From: Vulcanimicrobiota bacterium
GTDB taxonomy: Bacteria; Vulcanimicrobiota; Vulcanimicrobiia; Vulcanimicrobiales; Vulcanimicrobiaceae
DNA: 64,000 nucleotides
Direction of reading: 5' to 3'
NCBI GenBank assembly: GCA_963812155.1
Contig: CAWETW010000003.1
Location: 1,120,001-1,184,000 of the forward strand
The notes beneath the pieces were generated by a model. The model did no database searches. It saw only the letters and a list, made by a program, of their open reading frames with translations, and was not told the origin of the DNA. This document shows, piece after piece, positions 58,110 to 64,000 of this stretch (position 1 is its first letter; the number at the start of each line of letters is the position of its first letter). Made by a program: the position numbers and the translations under genes.

Positions 58110-60157
58110 CGGCCATCGCGCAGCTCGCCGGGGTCGGAGCGAAGACGGCACCACTGTTTGCGGAACTGGGAATTTCGACCGCGCAAGCACTGCTCGACTA
58201 CCTTCCCTTTCGCTACGACGATTTACGCATACCGACGCCCGCTGCCCAGCTCGGTGCGACGGGCGGTGAGGAAAATGCCGTCGGCACGATCGTCGCCATG
58301 AAAGAGCGGCGCGTGCGCGGCTTAGAGATCGTGGAAGCGACGCTGCGCGACGACGAAGGCGGCACGTTCGTCGCAAAATGGATCGGACGCCGGCGCTTCG
58401 TGTACGGACGTTTTCGCCAGGGGATGCGGCTGTTCGTGCGCGGGCGCACGGAGCGTTCCCTCGCCGGCGCAGTGATGAACGTGGGTCACTACGCCCAGCT
58501 GGACGACGGCGAGGAATATCGCGGCGAGCTGGTTCCGGTCTACCGCGCGAGCAAGGATTTAGCATCGCGCAAAATTGCTGCGGTCGTGAAGAAGAACCTT
58601 GCGCGGCTGCTGGATGATGTTCCCGGCGACGCGATTCCACAGCGCGTCGCGCGAACGCGCGGTTATCCGCCGTTGCGCGAGTCGTATCGCGCCGCACATG
58701 CGCCGTCGGATCCGCAGGAGGCTCGCGTCGCACGCGAGCGTTTTATCTTCGGCGAGTTTCTCGCACTGGCAGCGGCCAGCCAGTTGCGGCGCGTGCAGCG
58801 GCAGCACGACCGCGACGCGCGCGCGCTTACCGTACCGCCGGGATTACTCGAGGAGTTCGCCGCCGCGCTGCCGTTCGCAATGACCGGCGCGCAACGCCGG
58901 TCGATTCTCGAAATTTGGGACGACATGTCGCGCGACGTGCCGATGAACCGCCTGCTGCAGGGCGACGTCGGCAGCGGAAAAACGCTCGTCGCCGCGGCCG
59001 CCATCGTGCTCGCTTGGAGAAACGGCGTACAGTCGGCGTTGATGGCACCAACCGAAATTCTCGCGGCCCAGCATGCGGCGAAACTCGCGCCTTTGCTTCT
59101 GCCGCTGCAGGTCGGCGTGGAAGCGGTTTTCGGCAGTCAGGGTCAGCGCGCGCGCGAGGCCGCGGTGCGCCGTTTGGGCTCGGGCGAAGCCGGGCTCGCA
59201 GTCGGTACCCACGCGCTGCTCACCGAAGGCGTCGACTTCGACCGTCTGGGCCTGGCGATCATCGACGAGCAGCATCGCTTCGGTGTCGAGCAGCGCGCGC
59301 GACTGCGCGCCAAAGGCGTTGCGCCGCACACGCTGCACATGACCGCGACGCCGATTCCGCGCACGCTCGCGCAATCGGTCTACGCGGATCTCGATCTCTC
59401 GATCATCGACGAACTTCCGCCCGGTCGCACGCCGATTGCGACATTTGCCGTTCGAACCACGCGCCTCGGACGCGTGTACGACTTCGTGCGGGCCAACGTG
59501 GCGCGCGGGCGGCAAGCCTACGTCGTCGCGCCGGCGATCGACGAGGGCGAAACCGAACTCACGGCCGCGGTGGCCGAAGCGCAGCGGCTGCGTGCGGAAG
59601 TCTTTGCCGACTTGCGCGTCGGCCTGCTCCACGGACGTCTCGCGCCGCGGGAGAAGGACGAGACGATGCAGCGCTTCGTGCGCGGAGAACTCGACGTGCT
59701 GGTCGCAACGACGGTCGTGGAAGTCGGCGTGGACGTCGCCAATGCGAGCGTCATGGTCGTGCTCGACGCGCAGCGTTACGGTCTCGCGCAACTGCACCAG
59801 TTGCGCGGTCGCGTCGGCCGCGGAGCTGCGACGTCGTACTGCCTCCTCGTGTATCCCGACGATGCGGCCGAGTCCGAGCGATTGGATATCCTCACGCGAT
59901 CGACCGACGGCTTCGAAATTGCCGAACAGGATCTCCGCTTGCGCGGCCCGGGCGAGTTTGCGGGCACGGCTCAATCGGGCGCCGCCGGCTTGCGGCTCGC
60001 CGACCTCGTGCGCGATTTCGAACTCTACCGTACCGCCCGCGAAGTCGCCGAAGCGATCGTCGCTGCGGACCCGCATCTCGGCGCGCTGGAAAATTCGGGA
60101 TTGCGCGCTCTGCTCGAGCGCCAGCCGTCCACGCGCGCGCTGCTGGTCAGTTCGTAG
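58106..60157 (+). CDS. recG: ATP-dependent DNA helicase RecG
   Basis: QGDVGSGKT, DEQHRFG, MTATPIPR and QLRGRVGR motifs; GTGA overlap. Confidence 0.95.
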   Translation: MTAIAQLAGVGAKTAPLFAELGISTAQALLDYLPFRYDDLRIPTPAAQLGATGGEENAVGTIVAMKERRVRGLEIVEATLRDDEGGTFVAKWIGRRRFVYGRFRQGMRLFVRGRTERSLAGAVMNVGHYAQLDDGEEYRGELVPVYRASKDLASRKIAAVVKKNLARLLDDVPGDAIPQRVARTRGYPPLRESYRAAHAPSDPQEARVARERFIFGEFLALAAASQLRRVQRQHDRDARALTVPPGLLEEFAAALPFAMTGAQRRSILEIWDDMSRDVPMNRLLQGDVGSGKTLVAAAAIVLAWRNGVQSALMAPTEILAAQHAAKLAPLLLPLQVGVEAVFGSQGQRAREAAVRRLGSGEAGLAVGTHALLTEGVDFDRLGLAIIDEQHRFGVEQRARLRAKGVAPHTLHMTATPIPRTLAQSVYADLDLSIIDELPPGRTPIATFAVRTTRLGRVYDFVRANVARGRQAYVVAPAIDEGETELTAAVAEAQRLRAEVFADLRVGLLHGRLAPREKDETMQRFVRGELDVLVATTVVEVGVDVANASVMVVLDAQRYGLAQLHQLRGRVGRGAATSYCLLVYPDDAAESERLDILTRSTDGFEIAEQDLRLRGPGEFAGTAQSGAAGLRLADLVRDFELYRTAREVAEAIVAADPHLGALENSGLRALLERQPSTRALLVSS

Positions 60158-60198
60158 GCCGTAAAGGCGGCGGTAACGCCGGCGAGAAAAGACCGCGC

Positions 60199-62856
60199 AT
60201 GCGTGTGTTTACGGGTTGCGCCGGCGCGTTCGCGGCGGCTCTGGCGTTATGTTGGCCCGGCGTCCCGGCACGAGCGGCCGACGACGTCACCCGAGCAACG
60301 CTCGCAAACGGGCTCCAAGTCATCGTTGTGCACAATCCGCTCGCGCCGGTGGTGACGGCGATGATGAACTATCGCGTCGGTTCCGACGAGCAGTGGATTC
60401 CGGGACTGGCTCACGCCACCGAGCACATGATGTTCCGCGGAAGCGCGACGCTGTCGTCGGCGCAGTTGATGGAGGCGCTGGAAATTACCGGCGGCAACTT
60501 CGACGCCGACACGCAGTCGACGGTGACGCAATACTTCTTCACGGTGCCGTCGCAGTATCTCGACATCGCGCTGCGGGCCGAGCGTTCGCGTGCAACCGGC
60601 GTCTTGATGTCGCAGGCGGGCTGGAATCAGGAGCGCGGTGCGATCACGCAGGAGGTGACGCAAGATCGCAGCGACGCGATCTACCGGCTCTTCGTGAAGA
60701 TGCAGTCGCGTCTCATCGGCGGAACTCCCTACGACAACAACGGTTTGGGTACGGTCGCCGCATTTGCGCACGACGTGAACGGCGCGCAGCTGCTGCGATT
60801 CTACCGGCGCTGGTACCATCCCAACGACGCCGTCTACGTGATCGTCGGCGACGTCGACGGTCCCGCGACCGTCGCAAAGGTGCGAGCGCTCTTCGGCGAC
60901 GTTCCGGCGGCCAGTCTTCCGCCTCGCCCGCCGGTGCGCTTGCAGCCGCTGAAGGCGGCAACCTATCACGACACCTCCGACCAAGCGTACACCGCCGTCA
61001 TGCTCGGCTACCGTCTGCCGGGGTACGACAGCCGCGACTTCGCCGCCGCGCAGATCCTCGGCGACGTGCTCGACAGCCAGCGCAGCGCCTTTGGAGCGAT
61101 GCCGTTTACTGGCCAAGCCTTGGGGGCGCAGTTCTTCGTCCAAAGTTTTCCGAAGACCGCCATCGGCATCGCGTTCCTCGCGATTCCCGTGTCGACGAAA
61201 CCCGAGAGTGCGGATCACGCGGTGCGCGCGATACTGGCGCGTTACCGGCACGACGGCGTGCCGCCCGACTTGGTGGCGGCGGCGAAGTTGCGCGAGATCG
61301 CGCAGCTCGAGTTCACCGGAAACTCGATCGAAGACATGGCCGGCGAATGGAGCCAGGCCGTGGCGGTGCAAGGCCTTCGCTCGCCCGACGACATGATCGC
61401 GCACTTCAACGCGGTGACGGCTTCCGACGTCAATCGCGTGTTGCGCGAGTACGTCAACGACGCAACGACGGTCGCCGCGTACGCCGTGCCGAAGAATGCC
61501 GGCGCGGCCGGCTCCGGCGGCGGTTTGGCCAAGGAAAACAATACGTTGCAGCCGAGTTCGCACGAGCCGCTGCCGCCGTGGGCGCAGCAAGTGCTGGACA
61601 ATCTCCGCGTTCCGGCGCAAACGCTGTCGCCGAGTGACGTAACGCTTCCCAACGGCGTCCGTTTGATCGTCCAGCCGGAAACGATCACGCATACCGTCGT
61701 GGTCCGCGGTGAAATTCTCAATAATCCCGGCGTCCAAGAGCCCCCGGGAGAAGAAGGTGTCGCCGATCTCGCCTCCGATTTGCTGCCGTTCGGAACCACG
61801 ACGTACGACCGCGTCGGATTTGCGCGGGCACTCGACGAAATCGCCGCCTCGACCACCGCCGGCACCGATTTCGGCGTCGACGTACTTTCCGCAAATTTCG
61901 ACCGCGGCGTGCAACTGCTGGCCGACGAAGAACTGCACCCCGCGTTCGATCCGAAGTCGTTTGCAATCGTCAAACGGCAGAGCGTGGACGCACTCACCGG
62001 CGATGCGAAAGCGCCCGATCACCTTGCCGACGTTGCGCTCGCGTCCGCGCTGTATCCGCCCGGCGATCCGGAGCGGCGGTTCGCAACGCCGCAGAGCGCC
62101 GGCAGCCTGAACCTCGAAGGCGTGAAGCGCTGGTACGCGGCCGCCTACCGCCCCGACCTCACGACGATCGTCGTCATCGGCGACACGACTCCCGAACGCG
62201 CACGCGCCACGGTTGAAAAATACTTCGGTGCGTGGCAGGCGGCCGGCGCAAAGCCCAACGTCGAACCGCCGCCGGTTCCGGCAAATAGTGCCGGCCAGAT
62301 TACGGTGCCGGCGACCGGTCGCGTGCAGTCGAGCGTGCGGCTCGTCGAAACCGTGCCGATCGTTCGCACCGATCCGGCGTGGGCGTTGTTGCGCGTCGCC
62401 AATGCTGCGCTCACCGGTGGATTTTACTCGTCACTGCTGTATCACGATTTGCGTGAGGTCAACGGGTACGCCTACGCAATCGGCAGCACGTTTACGGCGG
62501 GCCGCGTTCGCGGCTCGTTCGAAATCAACTACGGATGCGATGCGAAGAATATCGTGCCGGCCGAGGGACAGACGCTGGCGGTGCTGCGCGACCTGCAACG
62601 GCAGCCGATCGAGGCGCAACGCCTGTTGCGTTCGAAGGCGTTGCTGATGGGAGAAGTTCCGATTCGTCAATCGAGTTACGAGGGCGTCGCCCGCCAACTC
62701 TCCGCGTTCGCAGGCGCCGGTCTGCCGCTCGACCAGAACCTGCTCGATGCGCGCGCCGAGCTCGACGCGCCGGCGGAAAGCATTCGCGCCGCGATGGCTC
62801 GCTACGTGCGGCCGGACGGCTTCGTCCGGCTCGTCGTCGGTCCGGGGCCGCCGTGA
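60199..62856 (+). CDS. M16 family zinc peptidase (two-lobed, secreted)
   Basis: Signal peptide, HATEHMMF (HxxEH), second LPNG half. Confidence 0.9.
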   Translation: MRVFTGCAGAFAAALALCWPGVPARAADDVTRATLANGLQVIVVHNPLAPVVTAMMNYRVGSDEQWIPGLAHATEHMMFRGSATLSSAQLMEALEITGGNFDADTQSTVTQYFFTVPSQYLDIALRAERSRATGVLMSQAGWNQERGAITQEVTQDRSDAIYRLFVKMQSRLIGGTPYDNNGLGTVAAFAHDVNGAQLLRFYRRWYHPNDAVYVIVGDVDGPATVAKVRALFGDVPAASLPPRPPVRLQPLKAATYHDTSDQAYTAVMLGYRLPGYDSRDFAAAQILGDVLDSQRSAFGAMPFTGQALGAQFFVQSFPKTAIGIAFLAIPVSTKPESADHAVRAILARYRHDGVPPDLVAAAKLREIAQLEFTGNSIEDMAGEWSQAVAVQGLRSPDDMIAHFNAVTASDVNRVLREYVNDATTVAAYAVPKNAGAAGSGGGLAKENNTLQPSSHEPLPPWAQQVLDNLRVPAQTLSPSDVTLPNGVRLIVQPETITHTVVVRGEILNNPGVQEPPGEEGVADLASDLLPFGTTTYDRVGFARALDEIAASTTAGTDFGVDVLSANFDRGVQLLADEELHPAFDPKSFAIVKRQSVDALTGDAKAPDHLADVALASALYPPGDPERRFATPQSAGSLNLEGVKRWYAAAYRPDLTTIVVIGDTTPERARATVEKYFGAWQAAGAKPNVEPPPVPANSAGQITVPATGRVQSSVRLVETVPIVRTDPAWALLRVANAALTGGFYSSLLYHDLREVNGYAYAIGSTFTAGRVRGSFEINYGCDAKNIVPAEGQTLAVLRDLQRQPIEAQRLLRSKALLMGEVPIRQSSYEGVARQLSAFAGAGLPLDQNLLDARAELDAPAESIRAAMARYVRPDGFVRLVVGPGPP

Positions 62857-63551
62857 GCCGCGCTGGCGCGGCGACCGGCGTCGGATTCGACATCGACCAC
62901 ACGATCGTGATCGATAACAAGCTCGAACGGGTGGCATTTCTGCGGCTGCTCGAGACGATCGTCAACGACGGCGGACGGGTGCCGGAAAACCTGAACGACG
63001 AGATCGCGCGAATCGACGCGTTGCTCGACGCGCAGCGCCGGAACGCGTTTACGATCGACGAAGCGGTCAGACGATTTGCAGAAGCGTGCGGCGTCGCGCC
63101 GCGCGACTCTTACGTCGAGCAGTTTCGCACGATGGCCGTCGCGATGGTCGCCGACTTCGTGATTCCCCTGCCCGGCGCACGCGCGGCGTTCGCCGACTTG
63201 CGCGGACGCGGCGTTGCGACGGCGATCTTGAGCAACGGCTGGAATCCGCTGCAGGTCGAGAAGGCTCGGCGCGCGGGCTTCGACGGGCCGGTCCTCGTGA
63301 GCGCCGAGTTGGGCGTACAGAAGCCCGACCGGCGCGCCTTCGACGTGCTGCTGGAAGCCCTGGGAACCGACGCCGGCCGCACGTGGTACGTCGGCGACGA
63401 CCCGCACTGCGACGTCGAAGGCGCGCGCGACGCGGGCTTGCGCGCAATCTGGCTGGACGCGGAGGGACGCGGCTACCCTGCAGGCGCTGCGGCTCCGGCA
63501 TGCACGATCCATTCGCTCGCGGAGATCGCCGGATGCATTTCGACTCGTTGA
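62853..63551 (+). CDS. HAD family hydrolase
   Basis: FDIDHT, LSNG, KP and YVGDD...D motifs; GTGA overlap. Confidence 0.88.
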   Translation: MSRAGAATGVGFDIDHTIVIDNKLERVAFLRLLETIVNDGGRVPENLNDEIARIDALLDAQRRNAFTIDEAVRRFAEACGVAPRDSYVEQFRTMAVAMVADFVIPLPGARAAFADLRGRGVATAILSNGWNPLQVEKARRAGFDGPVLVSAELGVQKPDRRAFDVLLEALGTDAGRTWYVGDDPHCDVEGARDAGLRAIWLDAEGRGYPAGAAAPACTIHSLAEIAGCISTR

Positions 63552-64000
63552 CGGCGCTGCGTCGCCGCGGGTGGCGTTTCGTGCTGGTGATGGCGCTACT
63601 GACGGCCGCGATACCGGTCCGGCCGCTCGCCGCAAGCGACTACCAAGCGAAGCTCATCGATTTGGATCGCCGCTATACGTATTGGTCGTTCCGGCAAAAT
63701 CCGACGTACGCGACCGATTCAGGCGTGCACGGCGAAGACGCGTTGCTGGCCGACTTTTCACCCCAAGCGCAGTCGGCGGCGATGCAGCAACTACGCGGAT
63801 TTCGCGACGAACTGGCGGCGCTGCAGCCTCCGCCGGATGCCACCCCGCACGAGCGCGTCGACTATTTCCTGATCCGCGCCGATCTCGAGGGGGACTGGTG
63901 GAACCGCACGGTGCTGCAGCCGCTGCAGCGCAACCCCACCGTCTACGAAGGCGAATGCGCCAACGGAATTTTTTCGATCGTCAAACGGCGCTACGCCTCC
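63533..64000 (+). CDS. DUF885 family protein, 5' part (runs off the window)
   Basis: Signal peptide; NPTYATDSGVH..D..LADFS resembles the N-terminus of 3377-5110; start 63533 or 63548. Confidence 0.7.
   Translation, partial: MHFDSLTALRRRGWRFVLVMALLTAAIPVRPLAASDYQAKLIDLDRRYTYWSFRQNPTYATDSGVHGEDALLADFSPQAQSAAMQQLRGFRDELAALQPPPDATPHERVDYFLIRADLEGDWWNRTVLQPLQRNPTVYEGECANGIFSIVKRRYAS

Noticed and set aside
57395..60198. Long N-terminal extensions of RecG, the M16 peptidase, Lhr and the S53 peptidase in the ORF track
   Set aside because: Arg/Ala-rich shadow frames overlapping real genes or repeats; better starts exist with an RBS or stop/start overlap.

Overview
GC-rich bacterial chromosomal window. 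It probably comes from an uncultured soil lineage: the expanded lipoprotein and phosphoesterase families resemble Ca. Eremiobacterota/Vulcanimicrobiota, but this is inference only. The left ~50 kb is an accessory-rich patchwork of secreted and lipoprotein genes: 4 phosphoesterase/PLC paralogues, 3 beta-propeller-like lipoproteins, a tandem-duplicated lipoprotein, S53 and S8 peptidases and DUF885. It also holds oxidoreductases, several gene remnants, an Lhr-like helicase and a split SOS mutagenesis cassette (imuA-imuB ... dnaE2). The right end is more core-like: six tRNAs, a ketopantoate reductase-family gene, recG, an M16 peptidase and a HAD hydrolase. I found no CRISPR, rRNA, integrase or transposase. 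Best leads: (1) a promoter/31-aa leader peptide/antiterminator-terminator switch in front of an unknown 65-aa protein; (2) a palindromic repeat family (CCTTCGACT...CGCTCAGGRTGAC) that is strand-polarised, sits in frame inside Lhr and DnaE2, and supplies stop codons to two genes; (3) near-identical LexA-box promoters on both halves of the split mutasome, with a truncated ImuB; (4) a probable double beta-barrel outer-membrane protein. Five single-base frameshifts in short homopolymers are probably assembly errors. All family names were recognised by eye from motifs, not from database searches.
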